A DNA stretch of 64,000 nt from an uncultured Nitrososphaerota archaeon (GTDB lineage: Archaea > Thermoproteota > Nitrososphaeria > Nitrososphaerales > Gagatemarchaeaceae): positions 1 through 64,000 of the forward strand of contig CAWISW010000001.1 in the NCBI GenBank assembly GCA_963838925.1. Reading direction: 5' to 3'. A program made the position numbers and the translations under genes. Positions 37,343 to 46,076 of this stretch are shown here, one piece after another. The notes beneath the pieces were generated by a model. That model was not told the DNA's origin, ran no database searches, and saw only the letters and a program-made list of their open reading frames with translations. Position 1 is the first letter of the stretch; each line of letters begins with the position of its first letter.

Positions 37343-40300
37343 ATGACAGCAGCGGCCGACATCGTAACTGACGATTACAAGACAAAGTACGGCTTTGCCG
37401 ACTCGACAGGCTACCTCGACGACAGGCGCAGGGGCATCAACGAGGACGTCGTCAAGGAGATCTCGAGGCTTCGGAACGAGCCCATCTGGATGGAGGAGTT
37501 CAGGCTAAAGGCGCTGAAGCACTTCCAGGAGAGGGCCCTGCCCACCTGGGGAGTCGACCTCTCTCCGATAAAGTTCGACGAGTTCTACTACTACGCTCAG
37601 CCGTCGAAGGAGACCGCGAAGCGGTGGGAGGACGTCCCCCCGGAGATCCGGAACACGTTCGAGAAGCTGGGCATCCCCGAGGCCGAGAGGAAGTTCCTCG
37701 CCGGCGTGGGCGCCATCTACGAGAGCCAGGAGGTCTACAACAGCCTCCAGAAGGACCTGCAGAAGCAGGGAGTGATATTCACGAGCGTGGGCAACGCCGT
37801 GCAGGACTACCCCGAGCTCATCAAGAAGTACATCGGGACGATCGTCCCCGCGAACGACAACAAGTTCGCGGCCCTCAACAGCGCGGTCTGGAGCGACGGG
37901 CCGTTCATCTACGTCCCGGAGGGCGTGAAGATAACGATGCCCCTCCAGTCCTACTTCAGGATAAACGCGCAGGGGATGGGGCAGTTCGAGAGGACGCTCA
38001 TCGTCGCAGAGCCCAACAGCGAGGTCCACTACATCGAGGGGTGCCTTCCAGCAGAGGAACTAGTGAGCACAGGCCAACAACTCGTTGCTATCGAATCGCT
38101 CGGTTCAAGAGACGCTGTCGTCTCTCACACGGGATCGCAAGCATCCGTAACCAAGCAATTCGTCCACACCCACAAGGGCAAGATGCTCACCATATTCCCG
38201 CAGTCCAAGGGCAACGCGTTTAGACTGACTCCGGAGCATCCCGTGCTCTGCGTGAAGAGGGAGCAACTTTCCTTCGGCAAGAGGGTCAACGGCAAGCGCA
38301 AGATTCTGTCCAAGAGATTCGACTCGGTCGAACCCAGATTCGTCCCAGCGGGTGAACTGGAAGTCGGCGACTTCATAGTCTACGTGGCACCTACGGCGAC
38401 CATCGATGATCCAGTATTCTCTGAGACGATTCTCAAGATCCTGGGTATCTACTTGGCAGAAGGCTCGATTTCGTTCAACACCAGCCTCGGAATCGACGTC
38501 ATCCAGTTCTCCTTCGGGTCTTCCGAGAAGGAGAGGCAGCTCGCAGAAGAACTCGCCGACCTAATACATTCGATTGGAGAGAACGCAAGCGTCCACAAGG
38601 CAAGAGGCGCCTACTATTGCGTTGTGACATATTCGCGTACGCTGATCGACTTGTGCGCGGCGCACTGCGGGATGGGCGCAGCGACCAAAGTCCTGTCAGA
38701 AAAGGTGCTCAAGCTCCCGACCGAGAAGCAAGGATTGCTGCTAGAGTACTACTTCAAAGGCGACGGGAACCGCTACCTGAAGCATCCGAGTCCCTCGCTG
38801 ATGGTAAGGTGTTCCACCGCGAGTCGCTTGCTGGCCTTCCAGATTCAGGAGATGCTCGCCCGGTCAGGAATCTATGCCAACATCTCTGTCCGCAAGGCTT
38901 CAAAGGACAAGATTCTTGGAAGAACAATCTCTCGGAGGACCCAGTACATCGTCCAGTACACCGAGAACAAGAAGTGGAGCGAGGTCAGGAAGAGGGGTAA
39001 CCTCTTCTTTGTGCCCATCAGGAAGATTGTCAGTCAGCCATGGAACGACCTCGTCTACAACCTCGAGGTCGAGAGGGACAATTCCTACCTGGTCCGCGGC
39101 TTCGCGGTCCACAACTGCACCGCAGCGATGTACCAAAAGTCGATGCTCCACGCGGCCATCGTCGAGCTCATCGCGATGAAGGGCGCAAAGATCCGCTACA
39201 TCACTATCCAGAACTGGAGCAAGAACGTCTACAACCTGGTGACGAAGAGGGCCCACGCCCACGAGAACGCCAGCGTCACCTGGCTCAACGGGGAGGTCGG
39301 CTCCGGCAGGAACATGAAGTACCCCTCGATCTACCTCCTAGGCAAGGGCGCCACGGCGGAGATACTCTCGATGGCCTACGCCGGCGCCAACCAGATTCAG
39401 GACACAGGCGGCAAGGTCATCCACCTCGCCTCTGACACCTCGTCCAAGATAATCTCAAAGTCGGTGTCCAAGGACGGCGGAGAGGCCATCTACCGAGGCC
39501 TGCTGCACATCGCGAAGGGCGCGCACAACGTAAAGGCGACGGTCCGGTGCGTCAAGCCCGACACGATAATTTTGGGAGACAACAAGCAGATAGCCCAATA
39601 TGCCTCGGGAGACCGCGCAATTGGCGCGACAGGGCTAAACGGCGTTACCCAAACCTTCGTCAACGATTTCAGCGGGGAGCTGGTCAAGATAAGGGCTGCA
39701 GGTCTACTTCCAGTTGAAGTCACCCCGGAGCACCCGGTTCTAGTGTCCAGATCAAGAATGACTTATCCGCGCGTAGAAAGAAAGGGCCGTCCCGCTCACA
39801 CTGCGAGGATTGCTCTTTCAAACCCAGAATGGAAAAATGCGTCCGAGATAGCTGCGAAGAAGTCCAACCTTGACGGGGACTATCTCCTAGTGCCCCGGCA
39901 GACCGGGCACCTCGATTTCCAAGAGCTGGACTTGAGTCCCTTCGCCAAGAGCGGTGAAGGATTGCGGACCTTCCTTCGAAAGGGTCACTCTCTAGCCATA
40001 AAGTTGAACACGCACTTCGCGTGGCTGCTGGGAATTTATGTCGCGGAAGGCTATTCCGGACAGGACAAAGTAAAGTTCGCCCTCAATTCAAGCGAGCATC
40101 ATCTGCGGGACAGGATAGCCGAGATCTGCGCCAGCCTCGGGTACAAGTCGAAGACGTACAAGCGGAAAGGGGAAGAAGGAGTGGAGGTCGTCATATTTGC
40201 AACCCTGCTCTCTCGAGCGCTCACGGCTTGGTGCGGCGCGGGGGCTCCGAACAAGCGGATTCCCGACTTCGTCCTGTTCCACAAGGACGAAGGTGTTCTT

Positions 40301-40951
40301 CGAGCCTTCCTCGAAGGCTACCAAAACGGCGACGGATGCAAGACGGAAAACTGCATGCACAAAAGGAATGTCCTGCACGCTGTAACGACCTCAAAGCTCC
40401 TTGCAATGCAGTTGCAGCTCATGGGGTCGAGATTGGGAATCTTCTACAGGATCTCCCGCGCATCAGACTCCCCTGTCATTCAAGGGCGAAGAGTAAGGAC
40501 CCACGAAAAGTTCGATGTCCGAGCCAACGAGAGCGAGAAGATCCAGGCCAAATTCGACAACCACTGGATGTACGTGCCCGTCCGAGAGGTAAGCAAGGTG
40601 AAGTACGACGGTCCCGTTTACAACATTGAGACGACGGACCACACCTATCTCATCTCCAACTTTGTCTCGCACAACTGCGACGCGCTCCTGCTCGACGACA
40701 AGTCCAAGACCTCGACCATCCCGTACGTGGAGGTGATGGCGGACGATGCGACCGTCACCCACGAAGCGAGCGTCGGCAAGGTCGGCGAGGAGCAGATATT
40801 CTACCTCATGGCTAGGGGGATCAGCGAGAGGGACGCGCTTAGCATGATAGTCAACGGCTTCGTCGAGCCCTTCACCAAGGAGCTCCCCATGACCTACGCG
40901 ATAGAGATCAACCGGCTAATGGCCCTCGAGATGACCGGCGCGGTCGGCTAG
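37343..40951 (+). CDS. sufB: Fe-S cluster scaffold SufB precursor with two inteins (468 aa after splicing)
   Basis: EKLGIPEAE, GQFERTLI, HYIEG|C, IQNWS.NVYN, DTGGKVIH, |CDALLLD, HEASVGK. Confidence 0.96.
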   Translation: MTAAADIVTDDYKTKYGFADSTGYLDDRRRGINEDVVKEISRLRNEPIWMEEFRLKALKHFQERALPTWGVDLSPIKFDEFYYYAQPSKETAKRWEDVPPEIRNTFEKLGIPEAERKFLAGVGAIYESQEVYNSLQKDLQKQGVIFTSVGNAVQDYPELIKKYIGTIVPANDNKFAALNSAVWSDGPFIYVPEGVKITMPLQSYFRINAQGMGQFERTLIVAEPNSEVHYIEGCLPAEELVSTGQQLVAIESLGSRDAVVSHTGSQASVTKQFVHTHKGKMLTIFPQSKGNAFRLTPEHPVLCVKREQLSFGKRVNGKRKILSKRFDSVEPRFVPAGELEVGDFIVYVAPTATIDDPVFSETILKILGIYLAEGSISFNTSLGIDVIQFSFGSSEKERQLAEELADLIHSIGENASVHKARGAYYCVVTYSRTLIDLCAAHCGMGAATKVLSEKVLKLPTEKQGLLLEYYFKGDGNRYLKHPSPSLMVRCSTASRLLAFQIQEMLARSGIYANISVRKASKDKILGRTISRRTQYIVQYTENKKWSEVRKRGNLFFVPIRKIVSQPWNDLVYNLEVERDNSYLVRGFAVHNCTAAMYQKSMLHAAIVELIAMKGAKIRYITIQNWSKNVYNLVTKRAHAHENASVTWLNGEVGSGRNMKYPSIYLLGKGATAEILSMAYAGANQIQDTGGKVIHLASDTSSKIISKSVSKDGGEAIYRGLLHIAKGAHNVKATVRCVKPDTIILGDNKQIAQYASGDRAIGATGLNGVTQTFVNDFSGELVKIRAAGLLPVEVTPEHPVLVSRSRMTYPRVERKGRPAHTARIALSNPEWKNASEIAAKKSNLDGDYLLVPRQTGHLDFQELDLSPFAKSGEGLRTFLRKGHSLAIKLNTHFAWLLGIYVAEGYSGQDKVKFALNSSEHHLRDRIAEICASLGYKSKTYKRKGEEGVEVVIFATLLSRALTAWCGAGAPNKRIPDFVLFHKDEGVLRAFLEGYQNGDGCKTENCMHKRNVLHAVTTSKLLAMQLQLMGSRLGIFYRISRASDSPVIQGRRVRTHEKFDVRANESEKIQAKFDNHWMYVPVREVSKVKYDGPVYNIETTDHTYLISNFVSHNCDALLLDDKSKTSTIPYVEVMADDATVTHEASVGKVGEEQIFYLMARGISERDALSMIVNGFVEPFTKELPMTYAIEINRLMALEMTGAVG
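38042..39115 (+). mobile_element. Intein 1 (358 aa, LAGLIDADG homing endonuclease) at EG|C
   Basis: Starts CLPAEE; block B TPEHP; LGIYLAEG and YFKGDG; ends GFAVHN followed by C+1; AT-richer codons than the exteins. Confidence 0.95.
39548..40675 (+). mobile_element. Intein 2 (376 aa, LAGLIDADG homing endonuclease) at VR|CDALL
   Basis: Starts CVKPDT; TPEHP; LLGIYVAEG and GYQNGDG; ends FVSHN followed by C+1. Confidence 0.95.
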
Positions 40952-40967
40952 ACCGACCCCGAAGAAA

Positions 40968-42395
40968 GTGAACCCGATGGCCCAGCGCTCTGTCTCTCGC
41001 TTCACCGAGGAGCAGGTGGAGTCGCTCTCCAAGGGCCTGGGAGAGCCCGCTTGGCTCAAGGACTACAGGCTCGCGGCACTCGAGAGCTTCTCCTCCCTAC
41101 CACTGGAGACCTCCCCCCTCTACAAGAAGTACGAGGGCGTCTCGGCCTTCGACCCCGAGCAGTTCTCCGTCGCGCGACAAGACGAGCCCGTCGACCTCAG
41201 GTCGCACTTCGAGGGCTTCCTCACGGGAAAAGAGACCAACATCATCCTCCAGGGCAACTCCACCACCGTCCACGTAGACCTGGACGCAGAGTTCAGGAAG
41301 AGCGGCGTAGAGGTCCTCACCATCCGCGAGGCGGTCGAGAGGCACGAGGCTCTCGTGCGGGAGCTCCTCGCAAGGAGGCTCGCAGACCCCTCGAGCGAGA
41401 GATACGCCGCTTTCAACGCCGCATTCTTCAACACGGGCACCTTCATCCGCGTCCCCAAGGGGGTCGTCGCCCCCCAGGCGCTGAGGCGCATGCTCGTGAC
41501 GCGCGACCCCGCCTCGAGCATGGTCGAGATGACGATAATCTACGCGGAGGAGTCATCGAAGTTCAGCTACCTTGAGGAGTCCTACAGCGCGGAGAGCAAG
41601 AGCCCCTTCCTCGTGAGCTCGACGCTCGACGTCTTCGCGGAGACGGGCGCCCACGTCGACACCAGCAAGCTCCAGCTCCTCGACGACAAGGCCGTCTACC
41701 TCTCCAACGAGGGCGTCTCGGTCGCCACCAACGCGAAGGTCTCGATGGCCTCGATCCTGCTCGGCGGGAAGATCACCCGGTCGAGGTTCAACCTTGGGCT
41801 CAACGGCAGGGGCTCCTCGTTCGAGGGATACCAGGTCTTCTTCTGCGACGGCGAGCAGAGGTACGACCTCGACGCCAACCTGACCCACAACTCCCCCGAC
41901 TCGGCCGGGTCGCTCACCGCGAGGGGAGTCCTGAAGGGTTCGTCCCAATCAATCTTCAAGGGCATGGTCAAGATCAAGACGGGGGCGAAGAACTCGCACT
42001 CCTACCTAGCCCACCACGCGATGCTGCTGGACAAGAGGGCACGCTCGGACGCCATCCCCGGCCTCGACATCGACACGAACGAGGTGAAGGCGACGCACTC
42101 GGCGTCGGTCGCCCAGATAGACGACGAGCAGATCTTCTACCTGATGGCGAGGGGGCTTCCGCGCGACGAGGCGAAGAAGCTCATCGTGCTGGGGTTCTTC
42201 GAGCCCGTCCTCTCGCGCATACCGATCGAGTTCGCTCGCGAGGGGGCGAAGTTCACAGTCGAGGGCAAGTGGTCTGGCGAGCGGAGGCGCCTCGTGGACA
42301 GAGAGACCCTCCTCGCTCTGACGGGAGAGGTCCCCGACGAGGAACGGCAGTCCGCCGGCGACATCTTCGAGCGCCACTACAAGTACAGGGGCTAA
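40968..42395 (+). CDS. sufD: Fe-S cluster assembly protein SufD
   Basis: AFFNTGTFIRVP, DAIPGLDI...VKATHSASV, FYLMARG. Confidence 0.93.
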   Translation: MNPMAQRSVSRFTEEQVESLSKGLGEPAWLKDYRLAALESFSSLPLETSPLYKKYEGVSAFDPEQFSVARQDEPVDLRSHFEGFLTGKETNIILQGNSTTVHVDLDAEFRKSGVEVLTIREAVERHEALVRELLARRLADPSSERYAAFNAAFFNTGTFIRVPKGVVAPQALRRMLVTRDPASSMVEMTIIYAEESSKFSYLEESYSAESKSPFLVSSTLDVFAETGAHVDTSKLQLLDDKAVYLSNEGVSVATNAKVSMASILLGGKITRSRFNLGLNGRGSSFEGYQVFFCDGEQRYDLDANLTHNSPDSAGSLTARGVLKGSSQSIFKGMVKIKTGAKNSHSYLAHHAMLLDKRARSDAIPGLDIDTNEVKATHSASVAQIDDEQIFYLMARGLPRDEAKKLIVLGFFEPVLSRIPIEFAREGAKFTVEGKWSGERRRLVDRETLLALTGEVPDEERQSAGDIFERHYKYRG

Positions 42396-42403
42396 CCGAG
42401 GAG

Positions 42404-42712
42404 TTGCCCCGATTCGTGAAGGCCCTCGAGCTGTCCAAGCTCTCACCGGGCACGATGGCAGGGGCAGAGGTCGAGGGAAAGCACCTCCTGCTCTCCAACC
42501 TCGAAGGACAGGTCTACGCAGTGGACGGCGTCTGCACCCACGAGGAGGCTCTCCTCGCCCAGGGGTTCATGATAGAGGAGCGGGTGGTCTGCCAACTACA
42601 CCTCTCGCAGTTCGACCTCAGGACGGGCGAGGTGTACAACCCTCCCGCCACGGAGCCTCTGAGGGTTTACAATGTTAAAATAGAGGACGGCGGCATTTTC
42701 GTAGAGATCTAG
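42404..42712 (+). CDS. Rieske-type [2Fe-2S] ferredoxin
   Basis: CTH...CQLH; probable TTG start at 42404 just after the sufD stop. Confidence 0.88.
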   Translation: MPRFVKALELSKLSPGTMAGAEVEGKHLLLSNLEGQVYAVDGVCTHEEALLAQGFMIEERVVCQLHLSQFDLRTGEVYNPPATEPLRVYNVKIEDGGIFVEI

Positions 42713-42731
42713 GGCGCTCCGTGAAAGAAGA

Positions 42732-43976
42732 ATGCTAGAATCGACCAAGGCCGTTGACGTGGAAAAGGTCAAGACCGACTTTCCCATCCTGAGCAGGAAG
42801 GTGAACGGCAAGCCGCTGGTCTACCTCGACAACGCGGCGACGACGCAAAAGCCGAAGGTCGTTATAGACGCGCTCGTCGACTACTACTCGAGGTACAACG
42901 CCAACGTCCACCGCGGCGTCCACCAGCTGAGCATCGAGGCAACCGAGACCTACGAGAACTCCCGGAAGAAGGTGGCCAAGTTCATCAACTCGCCCTCTCC
43001 CCAGGAGGTCATCTTCACGAGGGGGACCACCGAGTCGATAAACCTGGTCAAGTTCGCCTGGGGCGGGAAGTTCGTCAAGCGGGGGGACCTGATCTTGGTC
43101 ACGCTCATGGAGCACCACAGCAACATGGTGCCCTGGCAGCTCCTCGCGAAAGAGAAGGGAGCCAGGCTGGAGTATGTACCGATAACATCCGAAGGACGCA
43201 TCGACGTCGCGGAGCTCGAAAGGCTGCTGGGGCTCTCTCCGTCCCTCTTTGCTTTCACCCATTGCTCGAACGTCCTCGGGACGATCAACGACGCTGAGAA
43301 GCTCTGCTCCATGGCCAAGAAGGCCGGCGCGACGACGTTGGTTGACGCCGCGCAGTCTGCCCCCCACATGCCCGTCGACGTCCAGAAGATCGGCTGCGAC
43401 TTCTTCGCGTTCTCGGGCCACAAGATGCTCGGCCCTACCGGGATCGGCGCCCTCTTCGGGAGGAAGGACATTCTCAACGCGATGGACCCCTTCCAGTCGG
43501 GCGGCGACATGATCAAGGAGGTTCACCAGGACGGCGCCAGGTGGAACGACATCCCCTACAAGTTCGAGGCGGGCACGACCAACATCGCCGACGCCATCGG
43601 GCTCGGGGTCGCGGTAGAGTACCTCACTGCCATCGGGATGGAGAACGTGAGGCGGCACGAGGTCGACCTGCTGAGGTACGCCTTCGAGAAGCTCTCACGC
43701 ATACCCAACCTCAAGATCTACGGCCCCATGGACCTCGAGTCGAGGGGCGGGGTGATCTCGTACAACCTCGCCGACATCCACCCGCACGACATGGCGTCGA
43801 TCCTCGACGAGGAGGGAGTGGCGATCCGCTCCGGGCACCACTGCGCGCAGCCCCTGATGGAGCACCTCAACGTCCCCGGGACGAGCCGCGCCAGCTTCTA
43901 CGTCTACAACTCCACGAGCGACATCGACGCGTTCATAGGAGCCCTCCTAAAGGCCAAGAGCGTGTTCTGCGTTTGA
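42732..43976 (+). CDS. sufS: Cysteine desulfurase SufS
   Basis: YLDNAATTQKP, SGHKMLGPTGIG, RSGHHCAQP. Confidence 0.97.
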   Translation: MLESTKAVDVEKVKTDFPILSRKVNGKPLVYLDNAATTQKPKVVIDALVDYYSRYNANVHRGVHQLSIEATETYENSRKKVAKFINSPSPQEVIFTRGTTESINLVKFAWGGKFVKRGDLILVTLMEHHSNMVPWQLLAKEKGARLEYVPITSEGRIDVAELERLLGLSPSLFAFTHCSNVLGTINDAEKLCSMAKKAGATTLVDAAQSAPHMPVDVQKIGCDFFAFSGHKMLGPTGIGALFGRKDILNAMDPFQSGGDMIKEVHQDGARWNDIPYKFEAGTTNIADAIGLGVAVEYLTAIGMENVRRHEVDLLRYAFEKLSRIPNLKIYGPMDLESRGGVISYNLADIHPHDMASILDEEGVAIRSGHHCAQPLMEHLNVPGTSRASFYVYNSTSDIDAFIGALLKAKSVFCV

Positions 43977-44380
43977 GCAGCGACTTCTACCGGGAGCTGA
44001 TCCTGGACTACTACAGGAACCCGAGGAACTTCGGGAAGCTCGACCCCCACGACATCGACGCTAGGGACACCAACCCTCTTTGCGGCGACGAGATCGAGAT
44101 GCAGATCAAGGTCTCTCCTAACAAGGACGCCATCGAGGAGATAAGGTTCATCGGCAAGGGCTGCGCCATAAGCCAGGCATCCGCCTCGATGCTCACCGAG
44201 ATGGCGAAGGGCAAGCCCCTCGAGTGGGTGAAAGGCCTCTCCCGGGACGACATCCAGAAGATGCTGGGGACTTCCGACCTGGGGCCGGCCAGGATAAAGT
44301 GCGCCATGCTCTCCGTGAAGGTGCTCAAGACCGGAGTGTACGGCTACCTCGGCGCGCAGTACACAGAGCCCACCGAGTGA
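43973..44380 (+). CDS. sufU: SufU/IscU-like sulfur-transfer protein
   Basis: TTG start overlapping the sufS stop; NPLCGD, GCAISQASAS, RIKCA. Confidence 0.92.
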   Translation: MSSDFYRELILDYYRNPRNFGKLDPHDIDARDTNPLCGDEIEMQIKVSPNKDAIEEIRFIGKGCAISQASASMLTEMAKGKPLEWVKGLSRDDIQKMLGTSDLGPARIKCAMLSVKVLKTGVYGYLGAQYTEPTE

Positions 44381-44382
44381 CG

Positions 44383-45186
44383 CTACGGGTTCTCCAAGAG
44401 CTCCTTGTTCGGGTTGGGGAAGACCTTCGCCCCGGCCCTCGGCTTCGACCTCCTCCTGAGAGGCGACCTCGCTGACATCACGTGCCTCTTCAGCAGCTGG
44501 ATGCCCAGCGCAGGGTCGACGCCCTTGGGACAGACCGCGGAGCATGTCCCCGCGAAGTGGCACCTCCACACGCCGTGCTCGGTGTCGACAAGGTCAAGCC
44601 TCTCCTCTCCCCCTTCGTCCCTCACGTCCTGCGTGAACCTGTACGCCTGGGCCAGCGCCTGCGGCCCGGGGAAGCGGGCGTCCGTGGAGCTGGTGGGGCA
44701 CGACGAGCTGCAGAGCCCGCACTTTATGCAATAGGTGAACTGGACGATGGAGTCTAGCTCCTCGGGAGTCATCAGATACTCGCCGCTGGGGGACTCCTGC
44801 TCCTGCGGGTCGCCCTTCCTCACGAGTCCCGGGGAGATCCCCGCGTGCTTGTGGAAGAAGGACTCCAGGTCGACGACGAGGTCCCGCACTATCGGGAAGT
44901 TGTCCATGGGCTGCACCGTTATCCTCCCCCGACCGAGGTCGGCCACCTGAGTCTCGCAGGCAAGGCGCGGCCTGCCGTTGATCTTCATCCCGCAGGAGCC
45001 GCAGGAGGCCATCCTGCACGAGAAGCGCAGGGCGATCCCGTGGTCGATGGAGTCCTTCGCGTAGAGCAGCGCGTCGAGCACGGTCATCCCAGGCTTCACA
45101 GGGACGGAGTACTCCTCCACGTGCGGGCCCTTCTCGAGCGAAGGGTCAAACCTCTGGATCCTGAGCGCCAGCTTTCCCTCGTCCAT
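44383..45186 (-). CDS. sdhB: Succinate dehydrogenase iron-sulfur subunit
   Basis: CRMASCGSC...LAC; CIKCGLCSSSCP; CHFAGTCSAVCP. Confidence 0.96.
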   Translation of the reverse strand: MDEGKLALRIQRFDPSLEKGPHVEEYSVPVKPGMTVLDALLYAKDSIDHGIALRFSCRMASCGSCGMKINGRPRLACETQVADLGRGRITVQPMDNFPIVRDLVVDLESFFHKHAGISPGLVRKGDPQEQESPSGEYLMTPEELDSIVQFTYCIKCGLCSSSCPTSSTDARFPGPQALAQAYRFTQDVRDEGGEERLDLVDTEHGVWRCHFAGTCSAVCPKGVDPALGIQLLKRHVMSARSPLRRRSKPRAGAKVFPNPNKELLENP

Positions 45187-45537
45187 CTATGCCACCTGCC
45201 CCGTGGCCGCGAGGACCACCGTCCTTGTCCCGTACGCGATCGTCACGAGCGCCGCGACCAGGACGACCCAGTTCACGCCCTTCGTCCACCCCGAGCTCTG
45301 CCGCCACTCTAGAAGGATGATCCGGAGCCCGTTGAACCCGTGCGCGAGGACCACCACGAGCAGCATCTCCAGCAGTGCCCCGTCCACCGCATTGCGGTAC
45401 AGCGAGAGGACTCGCTGGAACGAGACGGCCTCGCCGTAAGGGACCAGGACCCCCTGCATCAGGAGGTGGACCGTCACGAGAACGATCGCGAGACCTGCCG
45501 TGAAGTACTGTAGCTGCATCATTGTGGACTCCCTCAC
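45187..45537 (-). CDS. sdhD: Succinate dehydrogenase membrane anchor, small subunit
   Basis: LQYFTA...VH...HGFNGLRIILLE. Confidence 0.85.
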   Translation of the reverse strand: MRESTMMQLQYFTAGLAIVLVTVHLLMQGVLVPYGEAVSFQRVLSLYRNAVDGALLEMLLVVVLAHGFNGLRIILLEWRQSSGWTKGVNWVVLVAALVTIAYGTRTVVLAATGQVA

Positions 45538-45546
45538 GCTCGCCCA

Positions 45547-46035
45547 TCACCCAAAGAGTATCCCTCCCGAATAGAGCGCCGCCAGTATCGCGCCCACTAT
45601 GGCGACCCAGATGAGGTGCCTCTGGATGGTCCTCAGCGACTTGGCCTTGTACGGATAGTCGGGCCTGGCGGGCCTGTCGAATATCACACCGTACTCGGCG
45701 AGCATCAACCGAATCCCGTTTAACCCGTGGTAGACGACTACGAGGACGACCATCACCAGGACGAGGTGACCGAGCACGTTCTCCGTCAGCCCGAGGTCGA
45801 GCGACCAGCTCGATGCGCTCGGCCCCTCCCCGAACGGCCCTCCCACGAAGAAGCTTGTGTCGCCCACGTGGGCCACCACGTAGGCCAGGGCGGCCAGCCC
45901 GGTGACCCTCTGGAAGACGTACGCCCACCTCTCGATGTTGAGGTGGAGCGGGTTCATCCAGCCCGACACTCCCCTCTTGTTGGAGGCGGCTTTCGCGCCT
46001 GGGTCGGCCTCGGCGTCCTGCCCTCGCTCTTCCAG
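45547..46035 (-). CDS. sdhC: Succinate dehydrogenase cytochrome b subunit (probable CTG start at 46035; GTG 45969 alternative)
   Basis: QRVTG...H...HGLNGIRL; GAGGTGA SD 5 nt before the CTG. Confidence 0.85.
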   Translation of the reverse strand: MEERGQDAEADPGAKAASNKRGVSGWMNPLHLNIERWAYVFQRVTGLAALAYVVAHVGDTSFFVGGPFGEGPSASSWSLDLGLTENVLGHLVLVMVVLVVVYHGLNGIRLMLAEYGVIFDRPARPDYPYKAKSLRTIQRHLIWVAIVGAILAALYSGGILFG

Positions 46036-46076
46036 CTAGGTCACCTCTCCTTCTCGGGTCGCGTTTTCTATAAAAG

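Noticed and set aside
38042-40675. AT-richer patches inside sufB as a separate inserted island
   Set aside because: They are fully explained by the two in-frame inteins.
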